DNA of 62,900 nt, counting the filler, from Bonamia ostreae (taxonomy: Eukaryota), in assembly GCA_040357525.1 (NCBI GenBank). It is 49 parts of 49 records of this genome, joined end to end, with 100 filler letters (N's around TTAATTAATTAA, not from the genome) between each part and the next. Parts side by side here need not be neighbours in the genome. Positions count along the whole stretch, not along the records: positions 1 to 1,194 come from JBDODL010002393.1; positions 1,295 to 2,488 come from JBDODL010002394.1; positions 2,589 to 3,782 come from JBDODL010002395.1; positions 3,883 to 5,076 come from JBDODL010002396.1; positions 5,177 to 6,369 come from JBDODL010002397.1; positions 6,470 to 7,662 come from JBDODL010002398.1; positions 7,763 to 8,955 come from JBDODL010002399.1; positions 9,056 to 10,248 come from JBDODL010002400.1; 41 more parts are not named here. One strand, written 5' to 3'. This document shows, one piece after another, positions 1 to 11,640 of the stretch. The notes under the pieces are model-generated. The model did no database searches. It was given only the letters and a program-made list of their open reading frames with translations, and was not told the DNA's origin. Each line of letters starts with the position of its first letter. Positions within the stretch are counted from its first letter, which is position 1. Made by a program: the position numbers and the translations under genes.

Positions 1-1194
1 TCAATTAAATGATGCATTTGCATCAACTCTTTTCCATTTTGCACCGCAGGGGAGGGGGGGGGGGGCATACATACTTCTGAAACATTTTTTGTTATGCATT
101 GTGTTTATGTATTATAATCATTAAAGTACTTCAATGTCAACTGCATTGCAAAAGTAAGGAAATGAATGGAAAAGTATGATGATTCTTCCAAATGATTCTC
201 AACGATACTCTCAATTTGATAACGTTTACGCATGCAATGTTTCCATGATTAAAATGATGCAAGCGATTGACGTCAATGTTGTAATAGTTCTGTGTGGGTG
301 GAATGGGTACCAAGTACCAACATGCTGAATGGACTGGTAAATCGGGATTCCAATCATTTCAAATAAATTGTTTAATTTTCACATGTTACCCCTACAAATT
401 AACTATTGACCAACTTAAGTTTCAATTTTAACTGTTCCCTCCCCATGAAAATACCTTCCCAAGCCTTTGTAATAACTTCAGAAACATCACAACTGCTCTA
501 GCAAGATAACCATATTAAATGTTTTACCAAAGACAGAATGACAGACAGGTATACAGACTGAGATAAATGGCAAACACTAACTCGAATATTGGGACAAAAT
601 TGTACAACAAATTAACTACAATCATGTGATTTTAGAGGAAGGACATGTTCCATTATTACGTATATCGATTTCTGAGATCATACTTACGAGAGCATTTCCT
701 CAACGATTCTGGTATTATATCCATATTGATCACCTTAATCGCAAAATTAACATCAAGTAAAAAGGATACAAATGGACGTACTCGCACAGCAACCTTTATA
801 TTTTCGTTAGCCATTTCTGTTTGCAGATCGTATAATATGACAAATCGTTTTAAATGTTTCTGTCAAGTACCCTGACTGCAGTCAATGGCAACGATCTAGT
901 TTACTGAGCTAAGCTGTTAGTTTAAGGTAAGCTGAACCTAGTTAATAATTATATAGCTACATGGAATTATATCTACATGTAACTAATAGAATATATTTTC
1001 TTACGTTATAATTGATATAGTTGTTGCTATAAGACATTATATAATAGATGTTGCAATACGTTAAGCCGGGTGTTAGAATAACACAACATACGCAACATTT
1101 CTCAATGGTATACATGTATAATTTTTCTGTGACCTTTCACGTACAATTAATTTGAATTCTATCTCCTTCCTACAGAAAACAAAAAAAAATCATG

Positions 1195-1294
1195 NNNNNN
1201 NNNNNNNNNNNNNNNNNNNNNNNNNNNNNNNNNNNNNNTTAATTAATTAANNNNNNNNNNNNNNNNNNNNNNNNNNNNNNNNNNNNNNNNNNNN
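1195..1294. other. Artificial 100-bp contig linker (N44-TTAATTAATTAA-N44), repeated about 48 times through the window
   Basis: Identical linker every ~1.28-1.29 kb; TTAATTAATTAA puts stops in all six frames; contig lengths fall steadily from ~1194 to ~1176 bp. Confidence 0.99.
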
Positions 1295-2488
1295 GGTATC
1301 TTTGTCTCCTGACAATTCGTATTCGTTGTCACAAATCACCTTTATCGTCTTCCCTTGTCTGTGCCCCGATTCGCCAACGACGTTTGAATTTGGTATTGTG
1401 ACAGTACTGCACTTCTCTGAAAGTTAAAGTGGTTACCATGTACACAAAGCAATGTCGGTTTCCAAACAGCGACCAGATTTTCCTTGTCGAATTCACAGTG
1501 CACTGTTCTCGTCTCCTCTTCCAAAACAAATCCAATTTCACAGCCGATAGTGAGACTATCGTTTATTTCGACTCTATTCGGCGTTGTTGTGAATCCGTTT
1601 GAAATTTGGAAAACAGGACATTTTTCTATTTTTTGAAATTTTTTCGATTTCAGAAAAAACTTTTTTGGCAAATGATGCGTCGATTCCAGGTAGCTGCTTT
1701 TGATATTTGGTTGTATATGCACTTTATTGGTGCGTCGACGGATGGTTCATAAATATCGTCACATTTAACGTGCACCGATTCCCCTATTCGCACGTTTTGG
1801 AGATCCGTGCTATCTGAATTCGGAACGAACAACGGTGCACATTTTTCTTATTTACAAAAATTGAAACCAAAAAATAGCTAAATTTTTTAAACGATTGAGT
1901 CGTCGATTTTCCAATTTAATTTAAAAAAAATTTAATTTCAATAAAAATTACAAAAATTTTCGCGCAAAAATTTTATTAGAAACGTGACGACTCATAAAAA
2001 GTGTAACAATTATAATAAAACAAAAATTTAGTAAAAAAATTTCGCACAAAAATAAAAAGTTACAATTTCAAGTATAAAAAGGTTTTAACAAAATTACAAA
2101 AAATAAAAACTTTTTACACAAAGAGGCGACTGACTCCATTTAGCACTGTTCGTTTCGACGTCATATAAACAATTTAAAGTTTTCGGTCCATCTCCAAATT
2201 CAAATTGTTCGTCACATCTCACATTTATCTTATTCTCGATCTCAATTCCCGTTGTTCCAATAACGTTCGAGTTCGGTATTGTGATGGATTCACAAGTCAC
2301 TTTTCATTTTAAGTCAAAACTTTTTTGGCAATAAAAAGATTTTGTCCATTTCGGTCGTTGCTGATTTTGGTCGTATTCACATTTGATGTTTGCGTCGCCA
2401 ATCGCGACGTAGTACAAATTGCATTCCGGGTTGATAACAGTGCCAATTGGCCATTCGAGAATGTCGTCAATGTTACTGTTTGTTATCT
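1295..2488 (-). CDS. Tandem Sushi/CCP-like module protein, partial at both ends, >=5 modules (protist-type contig)
   Basis: Exons 2488-2321, 2299-2111, 1846-1661, 1625-1437, 1416-1295 joined by GT-AG phase-1 introns of 21, 264, 35 and 20 nt. Each complete exon gives ~62 aa with C..I.NS..C...Y/F...C...W....C, e.g. TCESITIPNSN...VRCDEQFEFGDGPKTLNCLYDVETNSAKWSQSPLC. Confidence 0.8.
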
Positions 2489-2927
2489 NNNNNNNNNNNN
2501 NNNNNNNNNNNNNNNNNNNNNNNNNNNNNNNNTTAATTAATTAANNNNNNNNNNNNNNNNNNNNNNNNNNNNNNNNNNNNNNNNNNNNAACATTTTTAAC
2601 TCCTGTATCACTATCATTCCAATTCTTTTCAGATTAGATCTGATGGATCTTTGAATCAAGGGTGACATGAATTGTACAATTCAGGATTCTTGCAAACCTT
2701 TGGTCTTAAGGGCGGCGTAAAACGGTTAGCTTAGATATTGAGAGTGCTACTTTTAACTAATAAGATGACAGATAAGGTCAGTGGATCTATTGTTTTAATT
2801 TTGGATATTGTATTTATAATTTATTTTCTATCATTTCTATTTCCCAATCTAATTCAAATTAGCGGGTATGAGTCCGTTAATTAGATTGTATTCACGACTC
2901 CGAGTGTAATACACTTTCTTACAAATG

Positions 2928-3690
2928 TACCTCTAAAAGGGTCATAAGCCGATGAAAGTCTTCGTTTTTTATATGACGCCTTCAAGTCTCTTTAATGGGG
3001 TATCTGCATTTCTCATGACTTCTTGAGCTGACTGGACCCTTTCATCTGTCAATCCGTCTGCTGTGAAATGTATTTATGAATAAGAAAACGTGTATACTAA
3101 TACTATAATGGTAATATGTACATACTATATATACAAAGAGTCAAAGTTCTAGTATTAGTATTGAACATGAACAATCAATGTTATACATTTCAACTTACCT
3201 CCGAAAAATACAGGTTCAATAATTGCGCCATCTTTGCAAGGAACTATTCTCTTGACAAGTCTTTCATAAACTTGAAATGTCCTGAGTTTTGTTTTCATTA
3301 CAATCCGTTAATCCTAGTGGAAACTTTTAGAAAAAATAAAGATAAATATTCATTTTAATTGCAAATTACAGGGAGTAAGGGAAAATGCTGATGTCCCCAG
3401 ATAGCAACTGTGTAAAAATATGAAAGGCCTATCATTATCCATTCAAATGGTATGGGCAATGTTTGTCATAGACAAACAGATAGGACAATCAACTATATGC
3501 TCCCGAATCTTTAAAGAAATCAATGGCTTATGTATGCTTTCTACATTGATACATGTTAAACTTGTGTCCCAAAGATTCTTTATACCAAATTTGAAAAATG
3601 GGAATGGTAGTTATCAAGAAATTAGTAAAATTCAATTGTTCAGGCATGACAGATGATTGACGATGCATTGATGACGGATGCTGAAATAAA
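2928..3690 (-). pseudogene. Degenerate multi-exon DUF6589-like (transposase-associated) sequence, animal-type contig
   Basis: Pieces read FPLGLTDCNENKTQDI...VPCKDGAIIEPVFFG and DGLTDERVQSAQEVMRNADTPLKRLEGVI...EDFH, resembling the GDQLT.ER...AQ..R.N..TP..RLEG...EDWH pattern; internal stops and frameshifts present. Confidence 0.5.
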
Positions 3691-3882
3691 ATCACAAGTA
3701 GACAGCAGTTGGCATACCAACCCAAAGGGGTGAATATAAAGAAATAAAACAATTACTTGAGTTGTTTTCACCACTGCGTATTNNNNNNNNNNNNNNNNNN
3801 NNNNNNNNNNNNNNNNNNNNNNNNNNTTAATTAATTAANNNNNNNNNNNNNNNNNNNNNNNNNNNNNNNNNNNNNNNNNNNN

Positions 3883-4437
3883 ACCAAAATTCGAAAAAAT
3901 GTAAAAAAGAAATGTTCCAAAAACTCCCACGAACAATTCGCGAAACTGCGCGACGGCGACCAAGTCGATTGGGCAAACTCCCAATCCGGCGGACACGTCT
4001 TAACGACTGGCAACATCTACAAAAAAGGCATTTTCCGATTCCGAAAGAGACCGATGAACACATTTATCTCTCCGATCACCGCTGTCGGCGACTGCTACGC
4101 TTTCCAGCCGTCGAATGGCTACGTCGTCCTCGGAATGCGTTCCCCAATATTCCCAACTACTTTTGTCTACGAGTCGGTCAACGCGGACGCGAACCCGTCG
4201 AGCGGTTCGATGCCGAAGACGGTAAAAGTCTCCGCTGTTGACGAGAATGAGCGTTTGGTCGATTTGTCGCCGGACGGAAATGCGTTTGCTTTGAAGGAAA
4301 GTGAGATTAGACAAAGTTTCGAGTTGAAAAGAATGGAGAAAGCGGTGAAGCGGATTCGAGTCGACTTTGTGGAGAATAACGGGAATAAAGATTTTACGTG
4401 TGTCTACAGAATCCGTGTTTTCGGGGAGAGAAAATGA
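3883..4437 (+). CDS. SUN (Sad1/UNC-84) domain protein, C-terminal part (protist-type contig)
   Basis: Open frame from the contig edge: VDWANSQSGGHV, GDCYAF, SSGSMPKTVKV, and the terminal SUN signature RIRVDFVENNGNKDFTCVYRIRVFG; stop at 4437. Confidence 0.9.
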   Translation, partial: TKIRKNVKKKCSKNSHEQFAKLRDGDQVDWANSQSGGHVLTTGNIYKKGIFRFRKRPMNTFISPITAVGDCYAFQPSNGYVVLGMRSPIFPTTFVYESVNADANPSSGSMPKTVKVSAVDENERLVDLSPDGNAFALKESEIRQSFELKRMEKAVKRIRVDFVENNGNKDFTCVYRIRVFGERK

Positions 4438-4439
4438 AT

Positions 4440-5076
4440 GTTGTTTTGCGCCATTTTTTGTTGTTGTTTTAAAATACGGTTTTGTCGCTGCGACATTTTT
4501 TGTTGTCGTTTTTAAAAACGGTTTTGTCGCTACGCCATTTTTTGTTTTTTGGGATATTTTGTTGTCGTTTTTAAAAATGATTTTGTTATTGAGCCATTTT
4601 TTGTTTTTTGCGATTTTTTGTTGTCGTTTTTAAAACGGTTTTGTCGCTACGCCATTTTTTGTTTTTTGTGATTTTTTGTTGTCGTTATTAAAAATGATTT
4701 TATCGCTGCGCCATTTATTGTTTTTGTTTTTTTGTGATTTTTTTGTTGTCGTTTTAAAAAACGGTTTTATCGCTGTGCCATTTATTGTTTTTGTTTTTTT
4801 TGCGATTTTTTTGTTGTCGTTTTTAAAAACGGTTTTGTCGCTGCGCCATTTTTTGGTTTTAATTTTTAAAAACGGTTTTGTCGCTGCGCCATTTTTTGGT
4901 TTTAATTTTTTTGTTGTTGTTTTTAAAAACGGTTTTGTCGCTGCGCCATTTTTTGGTTTATGAGATATTTTGTTGTCGTTTTTAAAAACTGTTTTGTCGC
5001 TGCGACATTTTTGTTTTTTGTGATTTTTTGTTGTCGTTTTAAAAAACGGTTTTGTCGTTACGCCATTTTTGTTTTT
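4440..5076. repeat. Imperfect minisatellite, ~50-65 bp unit, about 11 copies
   Basis: Recurrent ttttgttgtcgtttttaaaaacggttttgtcgctgcgccatttt starting just after the SUN stop codon and running to the contig end. Confidence 0.95.
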
Positions 5077-7817
5077 NNNNNNNNNNNNNNNNNNNNNNNN
5101 NNNNNNNNNNNNNNNNNNNNTTAATTAATTAANNNNNNNNNNNNNNNNNNNNNNNNNNNNNNNNNNNNNNNNNNNNTTTAAGGCAACAGCTGTATCACAG
5201 GGATCTGCTGTCTGGGAAGCTACCATGAAATATCAGATAATAATGGATGGAGTTTCCGGGGGAATCCTACATACCTTTTCAAATAATGAGATGTCAAATC
5301 GATGCTCCAATATTTGGTAAAATGAACTAGGTTAACTTACCTACATGTTGAACAATACAAAAAAATATTATCAATAATTTTCCCATTGTGGATATATTGA
5401 TATATACAAGCAAAACACGTAGTCTTTATCACTTCAGATATTCGATGTTGCTAAACGTAAATATAGGGATGTATACAAAACATAGGGAGCCCAAACCCTT
5501 TATAATTCATTTATATACTACCTATTCGGGTCACGTGGCTAGAAAATTTACAAAAATCCCCTCAAAAGTTTCCATGTGGCTGATTGTGATATTTAAAGTG
5601 TCCAAATTTTAGTATCTGGTGTTTTATTTTTAGTTGAATAGACTGGATACAATACAACGATAGACATTGTCTCTTTAACATTGGTAATGTATGAACATGC
5701 ATTTCATTTCAAATGATTTGCAATTTGTTTATTATGTTTTTTAACACTGCCACTTAGATCCACTATTGCTGATACATGCATGTCCAACCGTTTGCTGTCT
5801 TTAAGCCAATGGATTTCTAAAGTGATTTGACTTCCTTGTCTATAGACGGTATTGATGAATAACTCAATGTAGTTGTTTTTAAAGATAATATATCTATAAA
5901 AAAATTAATTAACATTGTACAAGTAAACGTTGTCCGTCTTAGTATATGCATGTATGAACTCGCCAACTGCATATTCTATTGCACACCAAATTCTGAAGCA
6001 ATGGGACGTATCAACATGTTACATACCTTATTTGATCTGATCTTCAGCTGGGGATTTATACTTCCAGGGAAATGTGTTTGAAATAATATCTAAAAGTTCT
6101 TGAAAAAATGTCTAACATTTATTTTAATATAAAGGACTTTGTTTTGGATGTTTAGAAAAGGACATTTGAGTAGTCAGTGCAAGAAGAAACTGAAATACCC
6201 TGTATGTTCACAACTACGCCTTACTATAATGTAAAATGAAAATCAAGTGGTCGGTAAAGAACACAAACCTTCAACATTTGCTACACAAAATAGAGTCTCA
6301 TCAACGTCTTTACAAGTTAAGGGTTACTGATTCGTTACATCGCATTAACCCTTGATATCAGTCACCATTNNNNNNNNNNNNNNNNNNNNNNNNNNNNNNN
6401 NNNNNNNNNNNNNTTAATTAATTAANNNNNNNNNNNNNNNNNNNNNNNNNNNNNNNNNNNNNNNNNNNNTAGCTGCCCAAAAATGCGATATAAAGAAAAT
6501 TTTGGCCCAGCAAAAATTTTAAAAAGTAGCTCTTTCGAATAGTTCATTTTAACAAATTTAAAAGCTCAATTAAACAAGAATGGCTAAATTTGGCCGAACA
6601 AAAAAAATTTTTTTCCGATCAAAATAACCAAAAAGAAATAAGAGAATCGATTTTCTTTAAAAGTATCGAAATAAATTATGATTTTCTGTACAAAGACGGA
6701 AAAGACATTTTTGTTTTGACAAAAAATCGATTTTGTTCAATTTCCGAACATTTTAAAGCTGAAAAAGATAATTGGAAATTTAGTTTTGCGAAGGGCATTT
6801 TTGCAGCGTGGCTGTCTGTGTGTTGTGGTTTGTTCGGTGTTGATTTTATGAAAAAATTTATTTGGTTTCATGACGATTCGAGTGAATAATCAAAATTTTG
6901 TAAAAACAAAATTTCCATTTTTTTTTTATCAAAATTCGCAATTTCAGAACTTAAAAATAAAAAATTTTACTTGATGTAAAATAATTTTTGCTTCTATTTT
7001 TTGTGATTCAAAAGTTAAATCATTTTTGCCAATACGACCAAAAAATTTCAGTTTTTACATTTTAACAATTTNNNNNNNNNNATTTCAAAATCGCTTTTAC
7101 AAACAAAATTTCTTTTTTTGCTGTTTAACAATCTCAAAAATTGGTTTAACTAAACAAAATATTAAAATCGAAAAAATTGTTTTTTGGTCGAAAAAATTGT
7201 TTTCAATTTTTTAATAGAAACAACAAAATATTTTTTGCAGATTTACCATCAAAATGGTTAATTTTTGCAGTTTATTTAAATGGAATGGTTGATTTTAACA
7301 GTTTATCCAGATAAACTTTTAGCACTGACAAAATTTCAGCAATTAATTTTTTTAAAAATTGGTAAATTATTAAAATGGGAAAAGACAAATCCATTTATCA
7401 ATATTTAGTTCCCTCGAAACTGTTATAAAAGACGATTCTTTTTCTGATAGAGCAGATTTTGACTAATATTTCCAAAAATATTAAAAGATTTGTTGCTGTT
7501 AACAAAACGATCAGGCTCAGAATTAAAATTTCTTCCATTTTAAAAACTATCAAATTTGTTTTCCAATAATTTTTAAAACTATCAAAATTTTCGTTTGTTC
7601 AATATCAAAAATAGATTTTTCGTTTTTGTAACATTTCATTATTTTTGCAATTGTTTTAATTGNNNNNNNNNNNNNNNNNNNNNNNNNNNNNNNNNNNNNN
7701 NNNNNNTTAATTAATTAANNNNNNNNNNNNNNNNNNNNNNNNNNNNNNNNNNNNNNNNNNNNTCATTTGACAATGACAGAAAAATACACACACACTTCAT
7801 ATTTAAAATAAGAACAT

Positions 7818-8333
7818 ATGGAAAAATACCAGATAGACGCTATTAGAAGCGAAAAGCGTAAATTAATGCATCGACTTATCAAACAGTCGAAGAATGCAGC
7901 AGACGCAGAAGACATATATCAAAACGCAATGTTGAAAATATGTCGATTTGCCGGAAAGAAAGAATTTGCAAGTAAAGATCACTTCCGGGCCTGGATGTTT
8001 CACATTGTGGTAAATGAAGCTATTAACTTCTTCAAGTACAAACAACGTAAATGGGGAAGTATTGACACTAATGTAGATGTCGATATCGAATGTGGTAAAC
8101 GGCTCTCAATTGAGAGTATCGATGAAGAAACATTGCTGCAAATACTGACAGAAACATCCGATACACTTCCGCCAGGTAGAAAGGAGGTGTTTTATATGAC
8201 ATACATTCAAAATTTGAGTGAGGAGGAAATCGCTAATCGAATGTGCATAGCACAGTCCACCGTTAGGACCAGGAACTGGGAATCACGAAAGAAATTTAAG
8301 GAGAACATAAAAAAAGTATCATGGTTAGGATGA
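7818..8333 (+). CDS. Sigma-70 family, ECF-type RNA polymerase sigma factor (bacterial or phage contig)
   Basis: 171-aa intronless ORF; region 2 DAEDIYQNAMLKI...FRAWMFHIVVNEAINFFK; region 4 HTH LPPGRKEVFYMTYIQNLSEEEIANRMCIAQSTVRTR. Confidence 0.9.
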   Translation: MEKYQIDAIRSEKRKLMHRLIKQSKNAADAEDIYQNAMLKICRFAGKKEFASKDHFRAWMFHIVVNEAINFFKYKQRKWGSIDTNVDVDIECGKRLSIESIDEETLLQILTETSDTLPPGRKEVFYMTYIQNLSEEEIANRMCIAQSTVRTRNWESRKKFKENIKKVSWLG

Positions 8334-8542
8334 CATTAAAAGACATGAACCGAATGCACAAGCTAGTAGGTAGAGTAGAGGACGACAATACGGCCAAAAG
8401 ACATATTGCTTTCTTGGTTGGAAACGTTATCATGCTAAAAGAAATGCCAACACTGAAAAAAGCACTATCTAGTGTAGAGAAAATGCGAATGATGAACTTT
8501 AAAACTATTATAGTATATGTTAAAACTAAAGAAGACAATTAA
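8330..8542 (+). CDS. Small hypothetical protein (~70 aa) translationally coupled to the sigma factor
   Basis: ATGA start/stop overlap at 8330-8333; ORF also overlaps the next gene. Confidence 0.65.
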   Translation: MTLKDMNRMHKLVGRVEDDNTAKRHIAFLVGNVIMLKEMPTLKKALSSVEKMRMMNFKTIIVYVKTKEDN

Positions 8543-8876
8543 TATTAAGCCGCTATACCATAAGATAAACATCTTTATCTATCCTAATGCGGAATCAATA
8601 GCAAAGGATAATCCAGGATTTAAGAGTAATTATTCTGCCTTAACAGAAAATACCGGGTTTGGTAAAATAAACATCTATTTTGCTTACGATGTGATAAATC
8701 ATGGTGTTATTGCACATGAGGCTTACCATGCAGCATGTGATCTTATGAGTAATATTGATGATAACACTAAGCATAGCGAGGTTATTGCATATCATCTTGA
8801 ATATATTGTTGAAAGGGCTACAGCTGCACTATTGGAATATCAAAAGAAACTAGATCATGGCAAACAAGACAAATAA
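8517..8876 (+). CDS. Small HExxH zincin-like protein (119 aa), phage-like
   Basis: GVIAHEAYHAA followed by HSEVIAYHLEY (candidate third ligand E); overlaps both neighbouring ORFs. Confidence 0.7.
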   Translation: MLKLKKTINIKPLYHKINIFIYPNAESIAKDNPGFKSNYSALTENTGFGKINIYFAYDVINHGVIAHEAYHAACDLMSNIDDNTKHSEVIAYHLEYIVERATAALLEYQKKLDHGKQDK

Positions 8877-8955
8877 ACATAGAACAGATATCGATTATGA
8901 TATAGGATATATCTTCTATGTTGAGGAAGAGTGTTATATCTTACAAGAGATTGCT
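8857..8955 (+). CDS. 5' end of a further overlapping hypothetical ORF, cut by the contig end
   Basis: MANKTNKHRTDIDYDIGYIFYVEEECYILQEIA is open to the contig edge and overlaps the previous stop. Confidence 0.5.
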
Positions 8956-11640
8956 NNNNNNNNNNNNNNNNNNNNNNNNNNNNNNNNNNNNNNNNNNNNT
9001 TAATTAATTAANNNNNNNNNNNNNNNNNNNNNNNNNNNNNNNNNNNNNNNNNNNNTAAAGAACAGCCTAGTATTAATATCATACAGCATTCGACTTCACA
9101 AGTTGTAATTGCAAAGGAGATCAATTCAACAAGGATATATAATTTTCATAATCTCGAAAAGCCTATTGTGTAAGGGGATTGGTGGGTGTCGCATATTTCC
9201 ACTCGTTTCTAGGGAGATTTATTTTTGGGGGAGGGTTAGAGTACAATAATGCTGGGTGTGTGGGGTAGACCATTTCTTTACCAAAAAGTTGGAGAGACAA
9301 CCTGATTTAACTGAAATTTCCATACATAATTATATAACAACAAATGTCTAGTCCCCCTCAAACTACGGGCTGTATGATATTTTATGAAAAGAAGATGCAG
9401 GTTCTGCTGGTATATGCAGATGTGCATATTGACATAAAGACAAAATGTTCCTGGTTATATTAAATATTGATTGTATATTAACTGAAACATCTTTCTTACA
9501 ATTTGCCAGATTGTCAGTACTGAATATAAATAGGTGATGTTAAATCAAATGGGCTATCCATTGTGAAATTCGCCAATCTGATATCACAAGATAGCTTATC
9601 TATCCGATTTGTTCATTGACTGTTGGTCCGCATTTCGTGTGACAAGTGAACGGAATATTCAAAATGAATGGTAAGGAAATACAAAGTATTTTTGAAAGTA
9701 CACTGTAGTTTAGATTTGTAGCAGAGGTTCTTAATTTGGCTCACACATGTTGCGCATTTTTATATAACGATGTCTTGTAGTTTAAAAATCTAGTTTTAGT
9801 TAATTAGCGGATAATCCTTTTTTTTTTTAAAATAAATCATTGCATGTGTTGCTAACTGTTATCATGGATAAATGTGAATTCCTGTAAATTTGAAACAATG
9901 TGCACAAACTATGCTTCTACGACAAATGACTCAAAGAAACCACTTTATTCATTTCATGAAGAATCGGGGGGCGCGGCGGTTGTGACGACCACGTGGACTT
10001 GTCTATCGCATTGTGGAAATCAATAATGGGGAAAAAACCTATAATTATGAATTCTATTCATTACCACTTTAAAGGTCGTGTGTAAAATGTAAGTGAAAGT
10101 GAAATGTAATTTCCCATACCACATCAAATAACGTAAGAAATGTTATTCACGTCTCATGAACGTTAACACGTTCAACAAACCCGATGACATATCAGTAGAT
10201 ATTTTAGACCAAAAAAGTTCGAGAGAGAAAATTATTATAATCAGGCTANNNNNNNNNNNNNNNNNNNNNNNNNNNNNNNNNNNNNNNNNNNNTTAATTAA
10301 TTAANNNNNNNNNNNNNNNNNNNNNNNNNNNNNNNNNNNNNNNNNNNNTTATGGACCGCATTACCTGAACTTACAGTCCAGAATCGGTCGCTATTTGACT
10401 CTGACATATTTGGTTTCTGACATAACCAAATCATATTTATCAGCTTTCTGTGATTAAATAATCATTCTACCCTAGATATGATCGGTGCGGGAACATCTGA
10501 TGATTATGACTTTCTAGGCTTCTAATCTTCTGCTTCAGGAGCTTATCCTCATTAGTTACTTTTTGTTTTTATTAAATACATTTACATTGTAATACATTTT
10601 GTCATTTATCAATATTTTTTCTTTTATCTATCATATATCATTTAAAAAATAAATTTAGATTAAAAATAAATTTCAATATTTTTAATTCTTAGTGCACGGT
10701 AAAGAATCTCTTGGGTACATGTACATGTTTACTTTTGCAGAGTTTAAAATTATTGATTAACTCGTCCAGCCTGAGATTATTTGAATATATTATTACTTTT
10801 CTGCGCATTAGGATTAAGTTCATTGGACGAGGAGAACGTGTCCTAATTTGCTCTTTCGAAAACATTTATAAGCAAACCAAAACAATAAACATGTTATTTG
10901 CAGCGTAATAGAACTTGAATTTCATGACCTCTGAGTTCAGATCCAAAGGTGAGAAAACGATGGTCTTGTATTGAAAATTCATTATAGCAGAAAATGTTCT
11001 GGACATCAAACAATCACACCGTTTGCATGATTACCTCTATGTTCAATCCCTAGGGTGTTGTTGTAATGTGATAAATCTTACTCATCTGTAATATAAGTTT
11101 TAAAATACATATGACAGTCATACCAATTGATCGATCATCTAATACAAACATCGAGAAGTATGAAAAGCACACAGGAAACATAAAGATTTCTATAGAGTAA
11201 AAATGCGTATACTCATGTGATCATTTAACTACACGGACCGCTTGTCAAAGTACGAATTAGGTTGAAAAGACCCCTTTTAATTGCTTTATTTGTAGACAAA
11301 ATATCGTTAAAAAATCTCAAGGAATTAGCCCCATTCTCTTGTATTTTAGGCGAAATCACTGGATTGGTATCTTTTAGCACTTTTACAGTGACAGCGAATT
11401 TACTTTTGTGGATGAATACTCCACGCATACGATGTAGCATACATTGCATTTACAATTTCTTGAGGCGGTAATTAGATATTTAACTAAATAGATCCACTAA
11501 TCTTACTTCTTTTTTTAAATCTAAATTCTATACAGATATCNNNNNNNNNNNNNNNNNNNNNNNNNNNNNNNNNNNNNNNNNNNNTTAATTAATTAANNNN
11601 NNNNNNNNNNNNNNNNNNNNNNNNNNNNNNNNNNNNNNNN

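Noticed and set aside
4440-5076. CRISPR array (palindromic repeat with apparent spacers)
   Set aside because: The intervening sequences are poly-T variants of each other rather than unique spacers; eukaryotic context; no cas genes.
7818-8876. Horizontal transfer of a sigma factor into the eukaryote genome
   Set aside because: The whole contig is prokaryote-like with no eukaryotic flank; co-sequenced bacterium or phage is simpler.
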